Origin: the human T2T-CHM13v2.0 reference genome, Homo sapiens
Assembly (NCBI RefSeq): GCF_009914755.1
Contig: NC_060933.1
DNA length: 64,000 bases
Strand: one strand, 5' to 3'
Shown here: positions 41,512 to 55,100 of the stretch, one piece after another
Position numbering within the stretch: position 1 is the stretch's first letter
Layout: every line of letters begins with the position of its first letter
The notes under the pieces: model-generated
Database searches by the model: none
Seen by the model: only the letters and a program-made list of their open reading frames with translations
Told to the model about the DNA's origin: nothing
Position numbers and translations under genes: made by a program

Positions 41512-44500
41512 CATTCTCAGAAACTTCTCTGTGATGTTTGCATTCAACTCATAGAGTTGAACACTTCCCTTCATACAGCAGGTTTGAAACACTCTTTTTC
41601 TAATATTTGGAAGTGGACATTTGCAGCGCTTTGAGGCCTATGTTGAAAAAGGAAATATCTTCTCCTAAAAACCAGACAGAAGCATTCTCAGAAACTTCCT
41701 TGTGATGTGTGTACTCAAGTAACAGAGTTGAACCTTCCTTTTGACAGAGCAGTTTTGAAGCACTCTTTTTGTAGAATCTGCAAGTGGATATTTTGATACC
41801 TTTGAGGATTTCGTTGGACACGGGATATCTTCATATAAAATCTAGACAGAAGCATTCTCAGAAACTTCTTTGTGCTGTATGTCCTCAATTAACAGAGTTG
41901 AACCTTTGTGTGGATACAGCATTTTGGAAACATTCCTTTAGTAGAATCTGCAAGTTGATATTTAGATAGCTAGGAAGATTTCCTTGGAAACGGGAATATC
42001 TTCATATAAAATCTAGACGGAAGCATTCTCAGAAAGTGCTTTGTGATGTTTGCATTCAAGTCACAGAGTTGAATATTCCCTTTTATAGAGCAGGTTTGAA
42101 ACACTCTTTCTGCACTACCTGGAAGTGGACATTTGGAGCGCTTTGAGGCCTATGTTGAAAAACGAAATATCTTCCCATAAAAACTAGACAGAAGCATTCT
42201 CAGAAACTTGTTTGTGATGTGTGTATTCAACTAACAGAGATGAACCTTTCTTTTTACAGAGCAGTTTTGAAACACTCTTTTTGTGGAATCTGAAAGTGGA
42301 TATTTGGATAGCTTTGAGGATTTCGTTGGAAACGGGATTACATATAAAACCTAGAGAGAAGCATTCTCAGGAACTTCTTTGTGATGTTTGCCTTCAAGTC
42401 ACAGGACTGAACATTCCCTTTCATAGAGCAGGTTTGAAACACTCTTTCTGTAGTATCTGCAAGCTGACGTTTCAAGCGCTTTCAGGCCTATGGTGAGAAA
42501 GGAAATATCTTCAAGTAAAAACTAGACAGAAGCATTCTCAGAAACTTATTTGCCATGTGTGTTCTCAACTAACAGAGTTGAACCTTTGTTTTGATACGGC
42601 ATTTTGGAAACACTCTTTTTGTAGAATCTGCAGGTGGATATTCGGATAGCTTTGAAGGTTTCGTTGGAAACGGGAATATCTTCATATAAAATCTAGACGG
42701 AAGCATTCTCAGAAACTGCTTTGTGATGTTTTCATTCAAGTCACAGAGTAGAATGTTCCCTGTTATATACCAGGTTTGAGACACTCTTTCTGCACTACCC
42801 GGAAGTGGACGTTTGGAGCGCTTTGAGGCCTATGTTGAAAAACGAAATATCTTCCCATAAAAACTAGACAGAAGCATTCTCAGAAACTTGTTTGTGATGT
42901 GTGTATTCAACTAACAGAGATGAACCTTTCTTTTTACAGAGCAGTTTTGAAACACTCTTTTTGTGGAATCTGAAAGTGGATATTTGGATAGCTTTGAGGA
43001 TTTCGTTGGAAACGGGATTACATATAAAATCTAGAGAGAAGCATTCTCAGGAACTTCTTTGTGATGTTTGCATTCACGTCACAGAACTGAACATTCCCTT
43101 TCATAGAGCATGTTTGAAACACTCTTTCTGTAGTATCTGCAAACGGACATTTCAAACGCTTTCAGGCCTATGGTGAGAAAGGAAATATCTTCAAGTAAAA
43201 ACTAGACAGAAGCATTCTCAGAAACTTATTTGCGATGTGTGTCCTCAACTAACAGAGTTGAACCTTTCTTTTGATACAACATTTTGGAAACACTCTTTTT
43301 GTAGAATCTGCAAGTGGATATTTGAATAGCTTTGAAGGTTTCGTTGGAAACGGGAATATCTTCATATAAAATCAAGACAGAAGCATTCTCAGAAACTTCT
43401 CTGTGATGTTTGCATTCAACTCATAGAGTTGAACACTTCCCTTCATACAGCAGGTTTGAAACACTCTTTTTGTAATATTTGGAAGTGGACATTTGCAGCG
43501 CTTTGAGGCCTATGATGAAAAAGGTAATATCTTCCCATAAAAACTAGACAGAAGCATTCTCAGAAACTTGTTTGTGATGTGTGTATTCAACTAACAGAGA
43601 TGAACCTTTCTTTTTACAGAGCAGTTTTGAAACACTCTTTTTGTGGAATCTGAAAGTGGATATTTGGATAGCTTTGCGGATTTCGTTGGAAACGGGATTA
43701 CATATAAAATCTAGGGAGAAGCACTCTCAGGAACTTCTTTGTGATGTTTGCATTCAAGTCACAGAACTGAACATTCCCTTTCATAGAGCATGTTTGAAAC
43801 ACTCTTTCTGTAGTATCTGCAAACGGACATTTCAAACGCTTTCAGGCCTATGGTGAGAAAGGAAATATCTTCAAGTAAAAATTAGACAGAAGCATTCTCA
43901 GAAACTTATTTGCGATGTGTGTCCTCAACTAACAGAGTTGAACCTTTCTTTTGATACAACATTTTGGAAACACTCTTTTTGTAGAATCTGCAAGTGGATA
44001 TTTGAGTAGCTTTGAAGGTTTCGTTGGAAACGGGAATATCTTCAAATAAAATCAAGACAGAAGCATTCTCAGAAACTTCTCTGTGATGTTTGCATTCAAC
44101 TCATAGAGTTGAACACTTCCCTTCATACAGCAGGTTTGAAACACACTTTTTGTAATATTTGGAAGTGGACATTTGCAGCGCTTTGAGGCCTATGATGAAA
44201 AAGGTAATATCTTCCCATAAAAACTAGACAGAAGCATTCTCAGAAACTTGTTTGTGATGTGTGTATTCAACTAACAGAGATGAACCTTTCTTTTTACAGA
44301 GCAGTTTTGAAACACTCTTTTTGTGGAATCTGAAAGTGGATATTTGGATAGCTTTGCGGATTTCGTTGGAAACGGGATTACATATAAAATCTAGGGAGAA
44401 GCATTCTCAGGAACTTCTTTGTGATGTTTGCATTCAAGTCACAGAACTGAACATTCCCTTTCATAGAGCAGGTTTGAAACACTCTTTCTGTAGTATCTGC

Positions 44501-44743
44501 AAGCGGACGTTTTAAGCGCTTTCAGGCCTGTGGTGAGAAAGGAAATATCTTCAAATAAAAACTAGACAGAAGCATTCTCAGAAACTTATTTGCGATGTGT
44601 GTCCTCAACTAACAGAGTTGAACCTTTCTTTTGATACAACATTTTGGAAACACTCTTTTTGTAGAATCTGCAAGTGGATATTTGGATAGCTTTGAAGGTT
44701 TCGTTGGAAACGGGAATATCTTCATATGAAATCAAGACAGAAG
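41512..44743 (+). repeat. 19-mer HOR variant (different SNV haplotype from the other three)
   Basis: Marker spacing 41600->44832 = 3232. Confidence 0.95.
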
Positions 44744-47295
44744 CATTCTCAGAAACTTCTCTGTGATGTTTGCATTCAACTCATAGAGTTGAACACTTCC
44801 CTTCATACAGCAGGTTTGAAACACTCTTTTTCTAATATTTGGAAGTGGACATTTGCAGCGCTTTGAGGCCTATGTTGAAAAAGGAAATATCTTCTCCTAA
44901 AAACCAGACAGAAGCATTCTCAGAAACTTCCTTGTGATGTGTGTACTCAAGTAACAGAGTTGAACCTTCCTTTTGACAGAGCAGTTTTGAAGCACTCTTT
45001 TTGTAGAATCTGCAAGTGGATATTTTGATACCTTTGAGGATTTCGTTGGACACGGGATATCTTCATATAAAATCTAGACAGAAGCATTCTCAGAAACTTC
45101 TTTGTGCTGTATGTCCTCAATTAACAGAGTTGAACCTTTGTGTGGATACAGCATTTTGGAAACATTCCTTTAGTAGAATCTGCAAGTTGATATTTAGATA
45201 GCTAGGAAGATTTCCTTGGAAACGGGAATATCTTCATATAAAATCTAGACGGAAGCATTCTCAGAAAGTGCTTTGTGATGTTTGCATTCAAGTCACAGAG
45301 TTGAATATTCCCTTTTATAGAGCAGGTTTGAAACACTCTTTCTGCACTACCTGGAAGTGGACATTTGGAGCGCTTTGAGGCCTATGTTGAAAAAGGAAAT
45401 ATCTTCCCATAAAAACTAGACAGAAGCATTCTCAGAAACTTGTTTGTGATGTGTGTATTCAACTAACAGAGATGAACCTTTCTTTTTACAGAGCAGTTTT
45501 GAAACACTCTTTTTGTGGAATCTGAAAGTGGATATTTGGATAGCTTTGAGGATTTCGTTGGAAACGGGATTACATATAAAACCTAGAGAGAAGCATTCTC
45601 AGGAACTTCTTTGTGATGTTTGCCTTCAAGTCACAGGACTGAACATTCCCTTTCATAGAGCAGGTTTGAAACACTCTTTCTGTAGTATCTGCAAGCTGAC
45701 GTTTCAAGCGCTTTCAGGCCTATGGTGAGAAAGGAAATATCTTCAAGTAAAAACTAGACAGAAGCATTCTCAGAAACTTATTTGCCATGTGTGTTCTCAA
45801 CTAACAGAGTTGAACCTTTGTTTTGATACGGCATTTTGGAAACACTCTTTTTGTAGAATCTGCAGGTGGATATTCGGATAGCTTTGAAGGTTTCGTTGGA
45901 AACGGGAATATCTTCATATAAAATCTAGACGGAAGCATTCTCAGAAACTGCTTTGTGATGTTTTCATTCAAGTCACAGAGTAGAATGTTCCCTGTTATAT
46001 ACCAGGTTTGAGACACTCTTTCTGCACTACCCGGAAGTGGACGTTTGGAGCGCTTTGAGGCCTATGTTGAAAAAGGAAATATCTTCCCATAAAAACTAGA
46101 CAGAAGCATTCTCAGAAACTTGTTTGTGATGTGTGTATTCAACTAACAGAGATGAACCTTTCTTTTTACAGAGCAGTTTTGAAACACTCTTTTTGTGGAA
46201 TCTGAAAGTGGATATTTGGATAGCTTTGAGGATTTCGTTGGAAACGGGATTACATATAAAATCTAGAGAGAAGCATTCTCAGGAACTTCTTTGTGATGTT
46301 TGCATTCACGTCACAGAACTGAACATTCCCTTTCATAGAGCATGTTTGAAACACTCTTTCTGTAGTATCTGCAAACGGACATTTCAAACGCTTTCAGGCC
46401 TATGGTGAGAAAGGAAATATCTTCAAGTAAAAACTAGACAGAAGCATTCTCAGAAACTTATTTGCGATGTGTGTCCTCAACTAACAGAGTTGAACCTTTC
46501 TTTTGATACAACATTTTGGAAACACTCTTTTTGTAGAATCTGCAAGTGGATATTTGAATAGCTTTGAAGGTTTCGTTGGAAACGGGAATATCTTCATATA
46601 AAATCAAGACAGAAGCATTCTCAGAAACTTCTCTGTGATGTTTGCATTCAACTCATAGAGTTGAACACTTCCCTTCATACAGCAGGTTTGAAACACTCTT
46701 TTTGTAATATTTGGAAGTGGACATTTGCAGCGCTTTGAGGCCTATGATGAAAAAGGTAATATCTTCCCATAAAAACTAGACAGAAGCATTCTCAGAAACT
46801 TGTTTGTGATGTGTGTATTCAACTAACAGAGATGAACCTTTCTTTTTACAGAGCAGTTTTGAAACACTCTTTTTGTGGAATCTGAAAGTGGATATTTGGA
46901 TAGCTTTGCGGATTTCGTTGGAAACGGGATTACATATAAAATCTAGGGAGAAGCACTCTCAGGAACTTCTTTGTGATGTTTGCATTCAAGTCACAGAACT
47001 GAACATTCCCTTTCATAGAGCATGTTTGAAACACTCTTTCTGTAGTATCTGCAAGCGGACGTTTTAAGCGCTTTCAGGCCTGTGGTGAGAAAGGAAATAT
47101 CTTCAAATAAAAACTAGACAGAAGCATTCTCAGAAACTTATTTGCGATGTGTGTCCTCAACTAACAGAGTTGAACCTTTCTTTTGATACAACATTTTGGA
47201 AACACTCTTTTTGTAGAATCTGCAAGTGGATATTTGGATAGCTTTGAAGGTTTCGTTGGAAACGGGAATATCTTCATATGAAATCAAGACAGAAG
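44744..47295 (+). repeat. 15-mer HOR
   Basis: Marker spacing 44832->47384 = 2552. Confidence 0.95.
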
Positions 47296-49167
47296 CATTC
47301 TCAGAAACTTCTCTGTGATGTTTGCATTCAACTCATAGAGTTGAACACTTCCCTTCATACAGCAGGTTTGAAACACTCTTTTTCTAATATTTGGAAGTGG
47401 ACATTTGCAGCGCTTTGAGGCCTATGTTGAAAAAGGAAATATCTTCTCCTAAAAACCAGACAGAAGCATTCTCAGAAACTTCCTTGTGATGTGTGTACTC
47501 AAGTAACAGAGTTGAACCTTCCTTTTGACAGAGCAGTTTTGAAGCACTCTTTTTGTAGAATCTGCAAGTGGATATTTTGATACCTTTGAGGATTTCGTTG
47601 GACACGGGATATCTTCATATAAAATCTAGACAGAAGCATTCTCAGAAACTTCTTTGTGCTGTATGTCCTCAATTAACAGAGTTGAACCTTTGTGTGGATA
47701 CAGCATTTTGGAAACATTCCTTTAGTAGAATCTGCAAGTTGATATTTAGATAGCTAGGAAGATTTCCTTGGAAACGGGAATATCTTCATATAAAATCTAG
47801 ACGGAAGCATTCTCAGAAAGTGCTTTGTGATGTTTGCATTCAAGTCACAGAGTTGAATATTCCCTTTTATAGAGCAGGTTTGAAACACTCTTTCTGCACT
47901 ACCTGGAAGTGGACATTTGGAGCGCTTTGAGGCCTATGTTGAAAAACGAAATATCTTCCCATAAAAACTAGACAGAAGCATTCTCAGAAACTTGTTTGTG
48001 ATGTGTGTATTCAACTAACAGAGATGAACCTTTCTTTTTACAGAGCAGTTTTGAAACACTCTTTTTGTGGAATCTGAAAGTGGATATTTGGATAGCTTTG
48101 AGGATTTCGTTGGAAACGGGATTACATATAAAATCTAGAGAGAAGCATTCTCAGGAACTTCTTTGTGATGTTTGCATTCACGTCACAGAACTGAACATTC
48201 CCTTTCATAGAGCATGTTTGAAACACTCTTTCTGTAGTATCTGCAAACGGACATTTCAAACGCTTTCAGGCCTATGGTGAGAAAGGAAATATCTTCAAGT
48301 AAAAACTAGACAGAAGCATTCTCAGAAACTTATTTGCGATGTGTGTCCTCAACTAACAGAGTTGAACCTTTCTTTTGATACAACATTTTGGAAACACTCT
48401 TTTTGTAGAATCTGCAAGTGGATATTTGAATAGCTTTGATGGTTTCGTTGGAAACGGGAATATCTTCATATAAAATCAAGACAGAAGCATTCTCAGAAAC
48501 TTCTCTGTGATGTTTGCATTCAACTCATAGAGTTGAACACTTCCCTTCATACAGCAGGTTTGAAACACTCTTTTTGTAATATTTGGAAGTGGACATTTGC
48601 AGCGCTTTGAGGCCTATGATGAAAAAGGTAATATCTTCCCATAAAAACTAGACAGAAGCATTCTCAGAAACTTGTTTGTGATGTGTGTATTCAACTAACA
48701 GAGATGAACCTTTCTTTTTACAGAGCAGTTTTGAAACACTCTTTTTGTGGAATCTGAAAGTGGATATTTGGATAGCTTTGCGGATTTCGTTGGAAACGGG
48801 ATTACATATAAAATCTAGGGAGAAGCACTCTCAGGAACTTCTTTGTGATGTTTGCATTCAAGTCACAGAACTGAACATTCCCTTTCATAGAGCAGGTTTG
48901 AAACACTCTTTCTGTAGTATCTGCAAGCGGACGTTTTAAGCGCTTTCAGGCCTGTGGTGAGAAAGGAAATATCTTCAAATAAAAACTAGACAGAAGCATT
49001 CTCAGAAACTTATTTGCGATGTGTGTCCTCAACTAACAGAGTTGAACCTTTCTTTTGATACAACATTTTGGAAACACTCTTTTTGTAGAATCTGCAAGTG
49101 GATATTTGGATAGCTTTGAAGGTTTCGTTGGAAACGGGAATATCTTCATATGAAATCAAGACAGAAG
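47296..49167 (+). repeat. 11-mer HOR variant lacking m9-m12
   Basis: m8 is followed by m13/m14-type monomers (AAATCTAGAGAG, CATTCACG); spacing 1872. Confidence 0.94.
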
Positions 49168-52100
49168 CATTCTCAGAAACTTCTCTGTGATGTTTGCATT
49201 CAACTCATAGAGTTGAACACTTCCCTTCATACAGCAGGTTTGAAACACTCTTTTTCTAATATTTGGAAGTGGACATTTGCAGCGCTTTGAGGCCTATGTT
49301 GAAAAGGGAAATATCTTCTCCTAAAAACCAGACAGAAGCATTCTCAGAAACTTCCTTGTGATGTGTGTACTCAAGTAACAGAGTTGAACCTTCCTTTTGA
49401 CAGAGCAGTTTTGAAGCACTCTTTTTGTAGAATCTGCAAGTGGATATTTTGATACCTTTGAGGATTTCGTTGGACACGGGATATCTTCATATAAAATCTA
49501 GACAGAAGCATTCTCAGAAACTTCTTTGTGCTGTATGTCCTCAATTAACAGAGTTGAACCTTTGTGTGGATACAGCATTTTGGAAACATTCCTTTAGTAG
49601 AATCTGCAAGTTGATATTTAGATAGCTAGGAAGATTTCCTTGGAAACGGGAATATCTTCATATAAAATCTAGACGGAAGCATTCTCAGAAAGTGCTTTGT
49701 GATGTTTGCATTCAAGTCACAGAGTTGAATATTCCCTTTTATAGAGCAGGTTTGAAACACTCTTTCTGCACTACCTGGAAGTGGACATTTGGAGCGCTTT
49801 GAGGCCTATGTTGAAAAACGAAATATCTTCCCATAAAAACTAGACAGAAGCATTCTCAGAAACTTGTTTGTGATGTGTGTATTCAACTAACAGAGATGAA
49901 CCTTTCTTTTTACAGAGCAGTTTTGAAACACTCTTTTTGTGGAATCTGAAAGTGGATATTTGGATAGCTTTGAGGATTTCGTTGGAAACGGGATTACATA
50001 TAAAACCTAGAGAGAAGCATTCTCAGGAACTTCTTTGTGATGTTTGCCTTCAAGTCACAGGACTGAACATTCCCTTTCATAGAGCAGGTTTGAAACACTC
50101 TTTCTGTAGTATCTGCAAGCTGACGTTTCAAGCGCTTTCAGGCCTATGGTGAGAAAGGAAATATCTTCAAGTAAAAACTAGACAGAAGCATTCTCAGAAA
50201 CTTATTTGCCATGTGTGTTCTCAACTAACAGAGTTGAACCTTTGTTTTGATACGGCATTTTGGAAACACTCTTTTTGTAGAATCTGCAGGTGGATATTCG
50301 GATAGCTTTGAAGGTTTCGTTGGAAACGGGAATATCTTCATATAAAATCTAGACGGAAGCATTCTCAGAAACTGCTTTGTGATGTTTTCATTCAAGTCAC
50401 AGAGTAGAATGTTCCCTGTTATATACCAGGTTTGAGACACTCTTTCTGCACTACCTGGAAGTGGACGTTTGGAGCGCTTTGAGGCCTATGTTGAAAAAGG
50501 AAATATCTTCCCATAAAAACTAGACAGAAGCATTCTCAGAAACTTGTTTGTGATGTGTGTATTCAACTAACAGAGATGAACCTTTCTTTTTACAGAGCAG
50601 TTTTGAAACACTCTTTTTGTGGAATCTGAAAGTGGATATTTGGATAGCTTTGAGGATTTCGTTGGAAACTGGATTACATATAAAATCTAGAGAGAAGCAT
50701 TCTCAGGAACTTCTTTGTGATGTTTGCATTCACGTCACAGAACTGAACATTCCCTTTCATAGAGCATGTTTGAAACACTCTTTCTGTAGTATCTGCAAAC
50801 GGACATTTCAAACGCTTTCAGGCCTATGGTGAGAAAGGAAATATCTTCAAGTAAAAACTAGACAGAAGCATTCTCAGAAACTTATTTGCGATGTGTGTCC
50901 TCAACTAACAGAGTTGAACCTTTCTTTTGATACAACATTTTGGAAACACTCTTTTTGTAGAATCTGCAAGTGGATATTTGAATAGCTTTGAAGGTTTCGT
51001 TGGAAACGGGAATATCTTCATATAAAATCAAGACAGAAGCATTCTCAGAAACTTCTCTGTGATGTTTGCATTCAACTCATAGAGTTGAACACTTCCCTTC
51101 ATACAGCAGGTTTGAAACACTCTTTTTGTAATATTTGGAAGTGGACATTTGCAGCGCTTTGAGGCCTATGATGAAAAAGGTAATATCTTCCCATAAAAAC
51201 TAGACAGAAGCATTCTCAGAAACTTGTTTGTGATGTGTGTATTCAACTAACAGAGATGAACCTTTCTTTTTACAGAGCAGTTTTGAAACACTCTTTTTGT
51301 GGAATCTGAAAGTGGATATTTGGATAGCTTTGCGGATTTCGTTGGAAACGGGATTACATATAAAATCTAGGGAGAAGCATTCTCAGGAACTTCTTTGTGA
51401 TGTTTGCATTCAAGTCACAGAACTGAACATTCCCTTTCATAGAGCAGGTTTGAAACACTCTTTCTGTAGTATCTGCAAGCGGACGTTTTAAGCGCTTTCA
51501 GGCCTGTGGTGAGAAAGGAAATATCTTCAAATAAAAACTAGACAGAAGCATTCTCAGAAACTTATTTGCGATGTGTGTCCTCAACTAACAGAGTTGAACC
51601 TTTCTTTTGATACAACATTTTGGAAACACTCTTTTTGTAGAATCTGCAAGTGGATATTTGGATAGCTTTGAAGGTTTCGTTGGAAACGGGAATATCTTCA
51701 TATGAAATCAAGACAGAAGCATTCTCAGAAACTTCTCTGTGATGTTTGCATTCAACTCATAGAGTTGAACACTTCCCTTCATACAGCAGGTTTGAAACAC
51801 TCTTTTTCTAATATTTGGAAGTGGACATTTGCAGCGCTTTGAGGCCTATGTTGAAAAAGGAAATATCTTCTCCTAAAAACCAGACAGAAGCATTCTCAGA
51901 AACTTCCTTGTGATGTGTGTACTCAAGTAACAGAGTTGAACCTTCCTTTTGACAGAGCAGTTTTGAAGCACTCTTTTTGTAGAATCTGCAAGTGGATATT
52001 TTGATACCTTTGAGGATTTCGTTGGACACGGGATATCTTCATATAAAATCTAGACAGAAGCATTCTCAGAAACTTCTTTGTGCTGTATGTCCTCAATTAA

Positions 52101-55100
52101 CAGAGTTGAACCTTTGTGTGGATACAGCATTTTGGAAACATTCCTTTAGTAGAATCTGCAAGTTGATATTTAGATAGCTAGGAAGATTTCCTTGGAAACG
52201 GGAATATCTTCATATAAAATCTAGACGGAAGCATTCTCAGAAAGTGCTTTGTGATGTTTGCATTCAAGTCACAGAGTTGAATATTCCCTTTTATAGAGCA
52301 GGTTTGAAACACTCTTTCTGCACTACCTGGAAGTGGACATTTGGAGCGCTTTGAGGCCTATGTTGAAAAACGAAATATCTTCCCATAAAAACTAGACAGA
52401 AGCATTCTCAGAAACTTGTTTGTGATGTGTGTATTCAACTAACAGAGATGAACCTTTCTTTTTACAGAGCAGTTTTGAAACACTCTTTTTGTGGAATCTG
52501 AAAGTGGATATTTGGATAGCTTTGAGGATTTCGTTGGAAACGGGATTACATATAAAACCTAGAGAGAAGCATTCTCAGGAACTTCTTTGTGATGTTTGCC
52601 TTCAAGTCACAGGACTGAACATTCCCTTTCATAGAGCAGGTTTGAAACACTCTTTCTGTAGTATCTGCAAGCTGACGTTTCAAGCGCTTTCAGGCCTATG
52701 GTGAGAAAGGAAATATCTTCAAGTAAAAACTAGACAGAAGCATTCTCAGAAACTTATTTGCCATGTGTGTTCTCAACTAACAGAGTTGAACCTTTGTTTT
52801 GATACGGCATTTTGGAAACACTCTTTTTGTAGAATCTGCAGGTGGATATTCGGATAGCTTTGAAGGTTTCGTTGGAAACGGGAATATCTTCATATAAAAT
52901 CTAGACGGAAGCATTCTCAGAAACTGCTTTGTGATGTTTTCATTCAAGTCACAGAGTAGAATGTTCCCTGTTATATACCAGGTTTGAGACACTCTTTCTG
53001 CACTACCCGGAAGTGGACGTTTGGAGCGCTTTGAGGCGTATGTTGAAAAAGGAAATATCTTCCCATAAAAACTAGACAGAAGCATTCTCAGAAACTTGTT
53101 TGTGATGTGTGTATTCAACTAACAGAGATGAACCTTTCTTTTTACAGAGCAGTTTTGAAACACTCTTTTTGTGGAATCTGAAAGTGGATATTTGGATAGC
53201 TTTGAGGATTTCGTTGGAAACGGGATTACATATAAAATCTAGAGAGAAGCATTCTCAGGAACTTCTTTGTGATGTTTGCATTCACGTCACAGAACTGAAC
53301 ATTCCCTTTCATAGAGCATGTTTGAAACACTCTTTCTGTAGTATCTGCAAACGGACATTTCAAACGCTTTCAGGCCTATGGTGAGAAAGGAAATATCTTC
53401 AAGTAAAAACTAGACAGAAGCATTCTCAGAAACTTATTTGCGATGTGTGTCCTCAACTAACAGAGTTGAACCTTTCTTTTGATACAACATTTTGGAAACA
53501 CTCTTTTTGTAGAATCTGCAAGTGGATATTTGAATAGCTTTGAAGGTTTCGTTGGAAACGGGAATATCTTCAAATAAAATCAAGACAGAAGCATTCTCAG
53601 AAACTTCTCTGTGATGTTTGCATTCAACTCATAGAGTTGAACACTTCCCTTCATACAGCAGGTTTGAAACACTCTTTTTGTAATATTTGGAAGTGGACAT
53701 TTGCAGCGCTTTGAGGCCTATGATGAAAAAGGTAATATCTTCCCATAAAAACTAGACAGAAGCATTCTCAGAAACTTGTTTGTGATGTGTGTATTCAACT
53801 AACAGAGATGAACCTTTCTTTTTACAGAGCAGTTTTGAAACACTCTTTTTGTGGAATCTGAAAGTGGATATTTGGATAGCTTTGCGGATTTCGTTGGAAA
53901 CGGGATTACATATAAAATCTAGGGAGAAGCATTCTCAGGAACTTCTTTGTGATGTTTGCATTCAAGTCACAGAACTGAACATTCCCTTTCATAGAGCAGG
54001 TTTGAAACACTCTTTCTGTAGTATCTGCAAGCGGACGTTTTAAGCGCTTTCAGGCCTGTGGTGAGAAAGGAAATATCTTCAAATAAAAACTAGACAGAAG
54101 CATTCTCAGAAACTTATTTGCGATGTGTGTCCTCAACTAACAGAGTTGAACCTTTCTTTTGATACAACATTTTGGAAACACTCTTTTTGTAGAATCTGCA
54201 AGTGGATATTTGGATAGCTTTGAAGGTTTCGTTGGAAACGGGAATATCTTCATATGAAATCAAGACAGAAGCATTCTCAGAAACTTCTCTGTGATGTTTG
54301 CATTCAACTCATAGAGTTGAACACTTCCCTTCATACAGCAGGTTTGAAACACTCTTTTTCTAATATTTGGAAGTGGACATTTGCAGCGCTTTGAGGCCTA
54401 TGTTGAAAAAGGAAATATCTTCTCCTAAAAACCAGACAGAAGCATTCTCAGAAACTTCCTTGTGATGTGTGTACTCAAGTAACAGAGTTGAACCTTCCTT
54501 TTGACAGAGCAGTTTTGAAGCACTCTTTTTGTAGAATCTGCAAGTGGATATTTTGATACCTTTGAGGATTTCGTTGGACACGGGATATCTTCATATAAAA
54601 TCTAGACAGAAGCATTCTCAGAAACTTCTTTGTGCTGTATGTCCTCAATTAACAGAGTTGAACCTTTGTGTGGATACAGCATTTTGGAAACATTCCTTTA
54701 GTAGAATCTGCAAGTTGATATTTAGATAGCTAGGAAGATTTCCTTGGAAACGGGAATATCTTCATATAAAATCTAGACGGAAGCATTCTCAGAAAGTGCT
54801 TTGTGATGTTTGCATTCAAGTCACAGAGTTGAATATTCCCTTTTATAGAGCAGGTTTGAAACACTCTTTCAGCACTACCTGGAAGTGGACATTTGGAGCG
54901 CTTTGAGGCCTATGTTGAAAAACGAAATATCTTCCCATAAAAACTAGACAGAAGCATTCTCAGAAACTTGTTTGTGATGTGTGTATTCAACTAACAGAGA
55001 TGAACCTTTCTTTTTACAGAGCAGTTTTGAAACACTCTTTTTGTGGAATCTGAAAGTGGATATTTGGATAGCTTTGAGGATTTCGTTGGAAACGGGATTA

